64,000 bases of DNA from Candidatus Altimarinota bacterium. Lineage in GTDB: Bacteria; Patescibacteriota; Gracilibacteria; UBA4473. The translations under genes and the position numbers were made by a program. The stretch lies in assembly GCA_965231215.1 (NCBI GenBank), contig OZ246423.1:704001-768000 (forward strand), written 5' to 3'. Positions 1-9,534 of this stretch are shown here, one piece after another. Within the stretch, counting starts at the first letter, position 1, and each line of letters opens with the position of its first letter. The notes beneath the pieces were generated by a model, which was given only the letters and a program-made list of their open reading frames with translations, was not told the origin of the DNA and did no database searches.

Positions 1-1548
1 TTGAGGGTAAATAAATTGGTTTTTTTCGGCTAAGTACTGAGCCATCCACGTTTCATTTTGGAGCACAATATCAAAGAAATTTTCTTCAACAGCAGACGAT
101 AATTTTTTACTCTTAATTTTTGTGATTTCATCGGATAAAAACTGTTGAAACTCGGCAGTAGAGCCTCCAGTAGGCGCTGAACCAAGATCCGAAACTACAA
201 AAATTTCTTTTTTTGCCGTATGACTTGCGCCCGAATAATCTTCGATGGTTAACTCAAGCAGATAATTTCCAAGGGCCTCAATTTTATAGCTAGGGGGATT
301 TTCTACTTCAGAAAAAATGCTGCCATTGAGTTTCCAGGTGAATGATTTTATATCTTTTGATCCATCAGGATCAGTAGATTCTTGAGCTGTAACATTGAGA
401 AAAAAAGGAGCTCTGCCACGAACTTTTCCACGGCCTTGTATTTTTATCGTGGCCTGAGGGGTTTGGTTTTGAGAAAGATTTGCTTGGCCAGAGGAGCCGT
501 TAAAGTGACGAAAGAAATCCCCCTGGGTATTTGAATCTATGCTGTCTGGGGTTCGAGCCAAAGATTCATTATCAATTAAGTCCTGAATTTCCCTACAGGG
601 GCCTGACCAGTTATTGAGCCCCATATTCTTTTCAACACGCTTCGCTTCTGTTTGGCTCAGAGTTTCATCCTTCCAGCATACAAAGTCTTCGGTCTGTTCA
701 AAACTAGTGCCTTCCCATAAAATTAGCTCCACGGTTCCGGAGCCAGATGATAAGCCACTTTTTTTGTTGCTCTGAAGGGTGTAAGGGTTTGTTTTTTGAG
801 TAATCCCGTAGTCGTTGGTGCCAACGTTAAGGATGATATACTCTCCAGGCTTTACAAAAAAATCGGTATCAAATTTCCAGAGAGAAGTACCATTATGCTT
901 TATTTCTAGATACTTTAGATTTATTTTTTCGGGGCCTGATTTGATATAAACTTCTATAAAATCAATATCATTATTACTAGGAGAAATTTCATTGATGCGT
1001 ATTTCTGTTTGATCAGAGAGTGTTGGAGACTGCGCATTGGGCAGAAGTTTTGTGTGTGCATATTTTGGGTCCAGGTTCCCCCTAAAAATAAGCGGGAAAT
1101 ATTGAGTTTCTGAAAAATTCCATACCTCACTCCAGGAGCTTCCTTCGAAAGTTCCAGATTTGGTTTTGGGATACTCAGATTGAATTAAAATTTGATCATT
1201 TTGATCTAAAATCTGAATGATCCCTCCATCATTAGCTAGATTTAGCGGAGATTTTGTCCATGAAAATAAAGCTCGCTCTGTAAGGTTAAAAGTTAATTCG
1301 CCAACTAACTCTGCCCTAGAATCAAACAAAAGACTTTCTGCGTAATCTGAAAATTTTTTAACAGTGCTGCCATTGGATATTTTCCAACCAGAGACATCTA
1401 ATATGTCTATTTCAGAAACACTAAACTCAAACCATTCTTCCTCCTCATTTATTTTGTGCGGCTGAATTTCAGTTATCTGAAGTGATTGAGCCAAGGTGAA
1501 ATTAAAAAGTAGAACAAAAAGTAAAAATCTATACATCAAAAAAGCCAT
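1..1548 (-). CDS. Secreted lamin-tail-domain + PKD-domain surface protein (3' end runs off the window)
   Basis: Manual translation (absent from ORF track): MAFLMYRFLLFVLLFNFTLAQSLQITEIQPH..EWFEF; second LTD-like IRINEISPSNNDIDFIEVY; PKD-like GRAPFFLNVTAQESTDPDG..FTWK. Confidence 0.75.
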   Translation of the reverse strand, partial: MAFLMYRFLLFVLLFNFTLAQSLQITEIQPHKINEEEEWFEFSVSEIDILDVSGWKISNGSTVKKFSDYAESLLFDSRAELVGELTFNLTERALFSWTKSPLNLANDGGIIQILDQNDQILIQSEYPKTKSGTFEGSSWSEVWNFSETQYFPLIFRGNLDPKYAHTKLLPNAQSPTLSDQTEIRINEISPSNNDIDFIEVYIKSGPEKINLKYLEIKHNGTSLWKFDTDFFVKPGEYIILNVGTNDYGITQKTNPYTLQSNKKSGLSSGSGTVELILWEGTSFEQTEDFVCWKDETLSQTEAKRVEKNMGLNNWSGPCREIQDLIDNESLARTPDSIDSNTQGDFFRHFNGSSGQANLSQNQTPQATIKIQGRGKVRGRAPFFLNVTAQESTDPDGSKDIKSFTWKLNGSIFSEVENPPSYKIEALGNYLLELTIEDYSGASHTAKKEIFVVSDLGSAPTGGSTAEFQQFLSDEITKIKSKKLSSAVEENFFDIVLQNETWMAQYLAEKNQFIYPQ

Positions 1549-1659
1549 ACCTCTGGTATTGCTAAATTCAAGAATTAGTTTTAATTGAATTTTAATAAAT
1601 CAGAATCATTCTGGCTTGTTCAGAAACACATAAATGCTTATCTTGGATGCGTTATTTTG

Positions 1660-2943
1660 ATGAAATATCTACTTAGAGGGGGTGTCATACTGGGGGTTTC
1701 GGCTTTAGCTTCAAAATTTTTGGGGCTTTGGCGAGATCGTTTAGTAGTAGAGATTTTTCCCCCTGAAGCCGGGGACCTTATCTTTGCGGCATTTCGGATT
1801 CCAGATTTTTTCTACTATTTATTGGTGGGAACTACGGTTTCTGTCATCTTTTTACCTCGAATTGTAGAGCTAAAAGAGGCTGAAAAAATTGAATATTTTT
1901 CCTCTTTTCTGTGGGGGGTGTTAATTTTCTTTGGGATTTTGAGTGGTTTTGGGGTCATTTTTGCAGAGAATTTAGCGGCCATTTTTGCTTCTGGGTTTGC
2001 GGCTCCACTGCAAGGAGAAATTGCTAATTTGGCCAAACTGCTTTTTGGTTCGGTTTTTTTATTAAGTCTTTCCAGTGTTTTTACAGCTGTATTGCAATCT
2101 TGGGAAAATTTTTTAGCCATTGCGATGGCTCCACTTTTGTACATGGGAAGTATCGCCGGAGGTTTATATCTATTCAGAGATCAGTTTGCCATTCAGATCG
2201 TAGGGATGGGGGCTATATTTGGAGCCATAGTGCATTTTTTGATCACTTCTGGGACTTATTTTTGGAGGGGAGGGAGTGTGAGATTCGTTTGGCAAAAGCC
2301 CCTTTCTGCCTGGCAAAACTTTTGGGGAGACTTTGGGCGAAGGATCTTTAATAATGCGGCCTTCCAGATAAACCAATCGGTGGATGTATGGATTGGGAGT
2401 TTTTTGATAATGGGGTCAGTAACGGCTTTTACCTTAGGCACAAATTTAGGGCATTTTTTGCTCTCTATTGTGGGAATGTCTGTGGCTAATTCTGCTTTCC
2501 CAAAACTTTCCAAAGCCAAACACAACTATCCTAAACAGAAGGAAATACTGCTTAATGCTCTTAAATGGATTTGGGCGATTTGTGTCCCAGCTTCCATCAT
2601 GTGTGCTTTGTTTTCGAGAGAAATTTTGAGCCTCTTATTTGGTCTCGAAGGAGAGCGTTTGGAGATGAGTGAAACCGTGTTTTTCTGGACAGTTATAAGT
2701 TTACCATTTGCCTGTACTTTACCGGCTTTTTCACGAGTATTTTTATCTAACGATGACACCCTGACACCGCTCTATGCCACGGTTACTTCACTTGCCATAG
2801 CCACAGGATTGGCGGCGTATTTAAGCCTGGTATACCTCCCGTACGAACAGGCCATATTGGGGTTGGCGCTTGGAAATTTTGCGGCTAATACAATTGGGTT
2901 TGTATTGTTTTGGTTTTGTTTGTGGTATAAGTACGAGCGCTAA
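1660..2943 (+). CDS. murJ: Lipid II flippase MurJ/MviN
   Basis: SKFLGLWRD, AAFRIPDFF and SAFPKLSK motifs; multi-TM; ATG at 1660 preferred over TTG at 1585. Confidence 0.85.
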   Translation: MKYLLRGGVILGVSALASKFLGLWRDRLVVEIFPPEAGDLIFAAFRIPDFFYYLLVGTTVSVIFLPRIVELKEAEKIEYFSSFLWGVLIFFGILSGFGVIFAENLAAIFASGFAAPLQGEIANLAKLLFGSVFLLSLSSVFTAVLQSWENFLAIAMAPLLYMGSIAGGLYLFRDQFAIQIVGMGAIFGAIVHFLITSGTYFWRGGSVRFVWQKPLSAWQNFWGDFGRRIFNNAAFQINQSVDVWIGSFLIMGSVTAFTLGTNLGHFLLSIVGMSVANSAFPKLSKAKHNYPKQKEILLNALKWIWAICVPASIMCALFSREILSLLFGLEGERLEMSETVFFWTVISLPFACTLPAFSRVFLSNDDTLTPLYATVTSLAIATGLAAYLSLVYLPYEQAILGLALGNFAANTIGFVLFWFCLWYKYER

Positions 2944-3821
2944 TGTTGGTACAAAAGTTTACCGTTACCGAAGATCAAAATGCAACCAGAATAGATAGTC
3001 TTTGTGCAACACTTTTTCCTGAAATATCACGATCACGATGGATTAAGCATGGGAAATTTATTTGCAATAGTGTTGTAAAAACTCAAAAAACCAAGGTAAA
3101 GACTGGTGAAGTATGGGAGGTTCAGTGTGAGGAAGAAACTTTTAGTGAAACAATAGAGCCTTGGGATACGCCCATACAGATTTTAGCCGAAACAGATCAC
3201 TGGGTAGCGGTAAATAAGCCTTATGGGATTTCTGTGCATGGTTCGGTAAGTGAGAGAACTCATAAGACGATGGTAAATGCCTTAGTACACCATTTTGGTA
3301 AAAATTTAGCCGTTAATTTTGATGAAATTGAAGGGCGAAGCCTTCCTCGTCCTGGGATCGTACATCGCTTAGACAAAACTACTTCTGGAGTTTTATTAGT
3401 CGCTAAAACCAATGCGGCTCATGCGTACTTTCAAACCCACTGGAGTGAATTTGAAAAAACCTATATCGCGATAATTTTGGGGACTCCCCCCAGCACGGGG
3501 AAAATTGAATCTGGAATTATCCGTGATCCTCACAATCGCAAACGCATGATGGCCGCTGACACAGAAAAGTCTAAATGGTCTGTGACCACCTTTGAGAAGC
3601 TCGAACAAATAGGCGATAGAGCTCGGTTAGCAGTAAAAATTTCAACCGGCAGAACCCACCAGATTCGGGTTCACCTTAGTTCGATTGGGTTCCCCGTGGT
3701 TGGAGATGTTTTGTATGGAGGCATTGAAGCGGATCGAGTCATGTTGCAGGCTCAATCTCTGAAATTTTTAGATCCGGAAACAAAAGAAGAAGTTGTTGTA
3801 GAATCTGAAGTTGAATTCTAG
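2943..3821 (+). CDS. RluA/RluD family pseudouridine synthase
   Basis: N-terminal S4-like region, VNKPYG, GIVHRLDKTTSG, TGRTHQIRVH. Confidence 0.9.
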   Translation: MLVQKFTVTEDQNATRIDSLCATLFPEISRSRWIKHGKFICNSVVKTQKTKVKTGEVWEVQCEEETFSETIEPWDTPIQILAETDHWVAVNKPYGISVHGSVSERTHKTMVNALVHHFGKNLAVNFDEIEGRSLPRPGIVHRLDKTTSGVLLVAKTNAAHAYFQTHWSEFEKTYIAIILGTPPSTGKIESGIIRDPHNRKRMMAADTEKSKWSVTTFEKLEQIGDRARLAVKISTGRTHQIRVHLSSIGFPVVGDVLYGGIEADRVMLQAQSLKFLDPETKEEVVVESEVEF

Positions 3822-3856
3822 GTGACAAAAATTCTATTTATTGTTATAATATTCCG

Positions 3857-4264
3857 ATGCAATATAAATATAGAGAGTTTGTCTTTGATAGTGACGAAGA
3901 AAGAATATTTTTTATCGCTTGTGAAGAGCTTGGTTTAGCTTTACAGGTTCACAAAAAATCACCTTACATTGATGAATTTGGAAAAAAGCAAAATAAGACG
4001 ATAGATTTTTATTGGCAAAATAAATCTTCACAAATTAAAATAGTTATTGAATGCGATGGAAATCAGCATAAGAAGCGTAAGCGAAATGACAATATTCGTG
4101 ATGACGATCTCCGGGCTCGAGGGATTGTGATTTTTAGGTTTACCGCTCAAAAAATTCGGGAAAATGCTCAAAAATGTGCACAAAAGGTTCAAGATTATAT
4201 CCTTATTCAAGAGGAAATTCTACGCCTTCAGGCTCGAGCCCGAAAGATAATATACGCTGGTTAA
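3857..4264 (+). CDS. DUF559 / Vsr-like PD-(D/E)XK endonuclease
   Basis: IDFY..IVIECDGNQH..DNIRDDDLRARGIVIFRF; TATAAT 6 nt upstream of ATG. Confidence 0.75.
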   Translation: MQYKYREFVFDSDEERIFFIACEELGLALQVHKKSPYIDEFGKKQNKTIDFYWQNKSSQIKIVIECDGNQHKKRKRNDNIRDDDLRARGIVIFRFTAQKIRENAQKCAQKVQDYILIQEEILRLQARARKIIYAG

Positions 4265-4355
4265 TTTCTTTAGCGTGTCGATCGTTTTGAGGATAGCTTT
4301 GGATTTTTTTGCGTCTTTCTTCCCGAAAACTGACCGTATTATAATTTTAATAAAG

Positions 4356-6173
4356 CTACTTCACCAAAACGGCCTTAATCCTTCTTACCCCTCGGGAGGA
4401 AGATTCTTCTTTTTTGATCTTGAAGGTGCCTTCAATCTCTTTAGTATTTTGAACGTGTGGCCCTCCACAGAGTTCACGCGTCCAGATTTTTCCGGATTCA
4501 TCTTTGAAGGTAAAGACTTTTACGATATCTGGGTATCGATCCCAGAAAGAGGCTTCAATGGTGTCGTCTTGTTGCGCTTGGTCTTTTGGAATTTCTTCGT
4601 AGATCTGTTCTGCATTGGCGGCAATAGCATCGTTAACGTATTGCTCGACCGCTTCTTTTTGTTCTGGGGTCATCTTTTCTTCGTGGGTAAAGTCAAACCG
4701 TAGACGTTCGGCCGTAATATTACTTCCAGCCTGGTGCACATGATTGCCTAGCACCTTGCGAAGCCCCGCCAACATTAGATGAGTAGAGGTATGAAGGCGT
4801 GTTTCTTCTTCAATGTTTTCTCGTGAAAGCCCTCCTTTAAATTTGCCTTCAGCCCCGGTTTTTGAGAGTTCTTGATGAGCTTTTTCAGCCGCTTTGAAAT
4901 CTTCCATGTTTATAGTCATTCCTTTTTCCGCGGCGAGTTCTTCGGTCATTTCTACTGGAAATCCGTAGGTTTGGTAGAGGTTAAAAGCTACTTCGCCAGA
5001 AAGGGTTCCAGACATATTTTCGGTCGCTTTTTGGAACATTTTTTCTCCTTTTTCTAGAGTTTCACGGAACTGTGATTCTTCACGGTTGAGCTCATCAATG
5101 ATAAAAGCCTGATTTTCCTTTAGTTCTGGATAGTGGTGTCCCATTTTTTCAATCACAGTGAGGGCGATAGGCTCACATAAATTTTGATTTATCCCTAGTT
5201 TGCGGCCGTGACGAACCGCTCGACGGATAAGTCTTCGTAAAATATATCCTTGATCTTTGTTTGAGGGCGCCACTTTGTCTCCCAAAATAACACTAGAAGA
5301 TCGCAGGTGATCTGCGATAATTCTTCCTGAATTGTGAATATCGGTCTGCCCAATTGGATCATCAGCAATTTCATTTTTTCCTGAGATTTCAGAAATTTTA
5401 GCCAGGATTGATGCAAACGCGTCTGTTTGATAGACCGAAACTTTTCCATTTAATACGGCGACGGTTCGTTCGAGCCCCATTCCAGTATCTACATTTTGGG
5501 CGGGGAGGTCTTCTAAACTACCATCGGGAAGTTTATTAAACTGCATGAATACATCATTCCAAATTTCTACCCAGCGTGGGTCTTCCCAGGTTTCTTGATA
5601 TGGCAAATCAAGCTCTGGAGCTTCTGGATCTCCGGTCCAGTAAAACATTTCGCTATCCGGTCCGCACGGGCCGGTTTCGCCTTTGGCCCACCAGTTCTCA
5701 TCAGCATCTAGATAGGCAATTTTGTGTTCTGGCATACCGACATTTTTCCAAATGGCGGCCGCTTCTTCGTCTCTAGGGGCGTTTTCGTCCCCTTCAAACA
5801 CACTTACGGCTAATCGGTTTAACGGGAGTTCTAATTCTTTGGTCAAAAATTCAAAACTCCAAGCAATTTGCTCCTCTTTAAAAAAGTCTCCGAGGCTCCA
5901 ATTTCCTAACATTTCAAAAAAGGTAAGGTGTGTGGCATCTCCGACTTCTTCGATATCTCCAGTTCGTACCGATTTTTGACTATTAGCCAAACGAACGCCT
6001 TTTGGATGAGGTTCTCCCATAAGGTACGGTACCAATGGATGCATCCCAGAGTTGATAAAAAGCGCGGTTGGGTCATTTTCTGGCACCACGCCAGCAGAAG
6101 GAATAACAGCGTGATCTTTCAAGGCCCAGAATTCCAGCCATTTTTTTCGGAGAGAGTCGGTAGTGTATTGCAT
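4356..6173 (-). CDS. alaS: Alanine--tRNA ligase (short form lacking C-Ala domain)
   Basis: DPTALFINSGM, HLTFFEMLGNWS, VDTGMGLER; editing motifs HTSTHL and ELCGGPHV. Confidence 0.97.
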   Translation of the reverse strand: MQYTTDSLRKKWLEFWALKDHAVIPSAGVVPENDPTALFINSGMHPLVPYLMGEPHPKGVRLANSQKSVRTGDIEEVGDATHLTFFEMLGNWSLGDFFKEEQIAWSFEFLTKELELPLNRLAVSVFEGDENAPRDEEAAAIWKNVGMPEHKIAYLDADENWWAKGETGPCGPDSEMFYWTGDPEAPELDLPYQETWEDPRWVEIWNDVFMQFNKLPDGSLEDLPAQNVDTGMGLERTVAVLNGKVSVYQTDAFASILAKISEISGKNEIADDPIGQTDIHNSGRIIADHLRSSSVILGDKVAPSNKDQGYILRRLIRRAVRHGRKLGINQNLCEPIALTVIEKMGHHYPELKENQAFIIDELNREESQFRETLEKGEKMFQKATENMSGTLSGEVAFNLYQTYGFPVEMTEELAAEKGMTINMEDFKAAEKAHQELSKTGAEGKFKGGLSRENIEEETRLHTSTHLMLAGLRKVLGNHVHQAGSNITAERLRFDFTHEEKMTPEQKEAVEQYVNDAIAANAEQIYEEIPKDQAQQDDTIEASFWDRYPDIVKVFTFKDESGKIWTRELCGGPHVQNTKEIEGTFKIKKEESSSRGVRRIKAVLVK

Positions 6174-6185
6174 GTTGAATGATTT

Positions 6186-6243
6186 AAAGAAAAGACCACC
6201 TGTGTGAGATAGCCTTCAGCGTTAAGTAATAGGAGAAGACTAT
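6186..6243 (-). promoter_or_regulatory. Terminator/antiterminator pair between jag and alaS
   Basis: RNA AAGGCUAUCU-cacac-AGGUGGUCUU followed by UUCUUU; competing helix AUAGUCUUC (spans the jag UAG) with GAAGGCUAU. Confidence 0.55.
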
Positions 6244-6722
6244 TTATAAAAAACTCGCACCGCTCGCGCTTTGCCTTCGCCAACGGAATCAGATTGAAGT
6301 TCCGGAAAGTTGTTGAGCACCCACATATGGACAATTCTTCGAAAATAAGGGCTCATTGGCGGGAGTTTAATTTCGGCCAAATTTCGATCCTTCATCATGT
6401 CGATAAATTTTTCAGCTTTTTGGATAACTCGTTCTTCTTGGGTTTTTCGGTAATGGTCTACATCTACAGAGACAAACAAGTTCTCTTTGTTTTGGGCAAA
6501 GAGCATATTTTTAAGGAGGGTCTGAATCGCACTGAGGGTTTCTCCATTTTTTCCAATAAGCCGGGCTGGAGTAGGGCATTCAATATTGGCGCGGTAGTGC
6601 CCATTGTCCTCAGTAACAGTGACACAGTCATACTCTGTTCCAAATTTATCCAAAAGGAGCTTAAGGGCTTTCTGTATAATCGTTTCCATCAGTTGTTTCT
6701 TATGCGGGATAAACGTAGCCAT
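6240..6722 (-). CDS. jag: Jag/EloR (KhpB) KH + R3H RNA-binding protein
   Basis: LIGKNGETLSAIQ (KH), LPPMSPYFRRIVH (R3H), SVGEG; start may be 6689. Confidence 0.85.
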   Translation of the reverse strand: MATFIPHKKQLMETIIQKALKLLLDKFGTEYDCVTVTEDNGHYRANIECPTPARLIGKNGETLSAIQTLLKNMLFAQNKENLFVSVDVDHYRKTQEERVIQKAEKFIDMMKDRNLAEIKLPPMSPYFRRIVHMWVLNNFPELQSDSVGEGKARAVRVFYK

Positions 6723-6822
6723 TTATTTATAGGGAATCGTAAAAAATTGTCAAAAATACTGAAGTGAAGTTTGTATGAAAACATACAGGTGCAAATAATT
6801 TTTCAATTTAAATAATGCCTGT

Positions 6823-7902
6823 ATGGAAAAATTAGGTTTTGTTTTAGCTATTCACCGGGGGTTAAATTTAACCCATGCACGATATGAAAAATTAAAATTA
6901 TTTTTTGATGGTGATTGGGAAAAAGCCTTTTCGGCTCCCCTTTCTGATTGGCATAAGGCCGGGATAGACCCAAAAGGCATTGAAAAATTTTTTAGTACCA
7001 GCCCAAAACTTGATCCGCAAAAAGAGTTAGATTTAGTCCAAAAGTGTGGAGCCACTGTCCTTTTATACGACGACGAAAACTATCCACTGCCCCTCAAAAA
7101 TATTTCCCAGCCCCCAGCGCTACTTTTAGTAAGGGGCAAAATAGTGTGGGATGATTTTCCTTGTTTGGCGGTAGTCGGCTCGAGAAAGATAAGTGCTTAT
7201 GGCCGTCAAGTCTTGGGGCATTTGCTTACACCCATCACCGAAAGTGGTACCACCATAGTCTCGGGTTTGGCGTTAGGCACCGACAGCGAGGGACATCGGT
7301 TTGCCCTGGGAAAGGGTGTCAGAACTTTAGCCGTTTTAGGGAATGGAATAGATCATATTTACCCAGCAGCCAATAGAGCCTTGGGGGAGAAAATTATAAA
7401 CCAAGGCGCTATTATTTCTGAGTATTTGCCAGGCATTGAAGCTATTCCAGAATACTTTCCTCATAGAAACAGAATTGTGGCGGGTCTATCGAAGGGAACG
7501 CTGGTCATAGAAGGGGCAAAAAAATCGGGAAGCCTCATTACAGCACATCTAGCCAATGATTTTGGAAGGGAGGTTTTCGCCGTTCCGGGAAGTCTATTTT
7601 CAACGACCTCTGGCGGCACAAACGAACTTATAGAACAAGGCGTGGCGCATCCAGCGTTAAGTGGAGAACAAATCCTTGAGTTGTGTGGAATAGAAAAAAC
7701 GCCCATGACACAAAAGGTTGAGCCTACGGAGCTAGAGCTAAAAATACTGAATTGTTTTGCTACTCCAGACCCCATTCATATCGATGATTTGGTAAGAAAT
7801 AGTGAATTTAGCTTACCCGTATTTAGCTCCCATTTAATGCTATTGGAAGTAAAGGGATGGATTCGCAACCTGGGAGGTCAAATGTATGTGAAAAATGTCT
7901 AA
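6823..7902 (+). CDS. dprA: DNA processing protein DprA
   Basis: AVVGSR, IVSGLALGTD, FPHRNRIVAGLS, SGSLITA, GREVFAVPG; C-terminal winged helix. Confidence 0.95.
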   Translation: MEKLGFVLAIHRGLNLTHARYEKLKLFFDGDWEKAFSAPLSDWHKAGIDPKGIEKFFSTSPKLDPQKELDLVQKCGATVLLYDDENYPLPLKNISQPPALLLVRGKIVWDDFPCLAVVGSRKISAYGRQVLGHLLTPITESGTTIVSGLALGTDSEGHRFALGKGVRTLAVLGNGIDHIYPAANRALGEKIINQGAIISEYLPGIEAIPEYFPHRNRIVAGLSKGTLVIEGAKKSGSLITAHLANDFGREVFAVPGSLFSTTSGGTNELIEQGVAHPALSGEQILELCGIEKTPMTQKVEPTELELKILNCFATPDPIHIDDLVRNSEFSLPVFSSHLMLLEVKGWIRNLGGQMYVKNV

Positions 7903-7944
7903 ACATTAATTGACTTTTTTGTCAAAAAAAAGATAAATAACTGG

Positions 7945-9534
7945 ATGCAATCTCTTTTTGAGGCACCGACCTTTAAGGATTTTGGAAACCTAGACCTGAG
8001 AATTCATTGGGCAACGGTTCAGAGTTTGGAAAAAGATTGTTTGAGAATATTACAATCCGATAGTAGGTTTAAGGAGGGTTCTGCTAACGAAAGGAGAAGG
8101 CTTATATGGTTTTATTGGCAAAACTATTTACGAGAGCGTGAGGAATTTAATAATTGTTCATGGGAAACAGTTACCATTGAGGAGTGTATGGGCTCCCCAA
8201 TAAACAATACTGTAGATGATACTCGGTCCTCAGTAGAAGATTTTGTAGTCTATTTTAAAGATCAACTAAAGACATTTGGAACTATAAGCCATAAGGATCA
8301 GATTGATTTATTTTCAGTAGATTTTGATCTTCGTTTTTTTAGAGATTTTGAAGGACTTCTGCCCAAAACGCGTAAACAGTTTTTAGCTTTAAAACTAGCG
8401 ATTCAGTCTCCTAAAAAAAGTCTAGAAACTTCAGAAGATTTCAAAGATTTGGTCAAAAAGCCTGATAAAACCGCTAACGATCTTAGATTGATCCAAGAGA
8501 ATATAGATTACTACTGGGAAGATATTTCTTATGATGAACTCAAAACAATTTATAGAAAATGCCGAGGAAATGAAGAAGTTGAAGTAGATCTAAAAATCTC
8601 ACGCCAATTAGATGAAACTTTATGGTTTGCTGAATCCATGAATCTCGAAAAAGAACATACAGAAATTTTTTTAGCGGTAGCCTTTAGGCTGGAAAGACTG
8701 TATAGAGGCCAGATTCGCCGATCCGAGTTTAGTCGGTATGCCTTTGGTTCCAATAATCCTAAAGAGGCCCATTTTAACCATTTTTTAAGAGGCATTGATC
8801 TAACTTTAGGGATGGCTGATAGTGTCATGTTAAACCCTCAAAAAAAGTCGTCTAAAATTTCAGAACAAATTAAGGGGTTTGTTAAAGACTCGGTTTCCAT
8901 TTTAGAGTTAATGCTAACGACGCTCATACATGACAGCTTAGAAGACAAATTAAAAACACTAGAAGGGAAAGATTTTGATAAGCAACAGCTAGCCTCCCTT
9001 TTAGAAAACTCTGGAGTCCCTTCAGACATGGTAGATCGGTTAAGCAAGAGAGCTCTCGTTTTAAATTCTAAAGCCCCATTGCCCTCAGAAAAGGAGAAAT
9101 CCCTCTCTTATGCACAATACATTAAACGATTACAGCAGCAGGAAGATCCTTTGCTGAATTTTGTAAAAATTATTGGAGATATTTCTCAAAATGCTTGTTC
9201 CCCTCATAGAATGCCTTTTAATCCCGAAGACTGGACTCAATTTACCTCTAAATATAGAGCTAAATTCCTGGCTACAGATAGCTTTATAGAAGCGTATGTA
9301 ACGTCTGAAATTTTTATGTTTTTTCCGTCTGAAATTTTGAACCGAATGAGGAATAATCGCCAACTGGGAGATGGTATATTCCCTCAATTTGAAAGGCTAT
9401 TTAAGCAAATAGATCAGGAGCTCGAATCCGAGTTAAAAAAAGCCTCAAGCTTTACAAGAAAAAGAGTTGGAGAGATGATCGGAAATGGAAATACATTTTT
9501 TGAAGAACCGGTTACGGCGACACAAACTGTTTAA
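7945..9534 (+). CDS. Orphan protein with a divergent RelA/SpoT (Mesh1-like) HD domain
   Basis: YRGQIRRS..HFNH, LIHDSLED and VKIIGDISQN resemble HxGQxRKS..YxxH, LLHDVVED and VKLADRLHN. Confidence 0.55.
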   Translation: MQSLFEAPTFKDFGNLDLRIHWATVQSLEKDCLRILQSDSRFKEGSANERRRLIWFYWQNYLREREEFNNCSWETVTIEECMGSPINNTVDDTRSSVEDFVVYFKDQLKTFGTISHKDQIDLFSVDFDLRFFRDFEGLLPKTRKQFLALKLAIQSPKKSLETSEDFKDLVKKPDKTANDLRLIQENIDYYWEDISYDELKTIYRKCRGNEEVEVDLKISRQLDETLWFAESMNLEKEHTEIFLAVAFRLERLYRGQIRRSEFSRYAFGSNNPKEAHFNHFLRGIDLTLGMADSVMLNPQKKSSKISEQIKGFVKDSVSILELMLTTLIHDSLEDKLKTLEGKDFDKQQLASLLENSGVPSDMVDRLSKRALVLNSKAPLPSEKEKSLSYAQYIKRLQQQEDPLLNFVKIIGDISQNACSPHRMPFNPEDWTQFTSKYRAKFLATDSFIEAYVTSEIFMFFPSEILNRMRNNRQLGDGIFPQFERLFKQIDQELESELKKASSFTRKRVGEMIGNGNTFFEEPVTATQTV

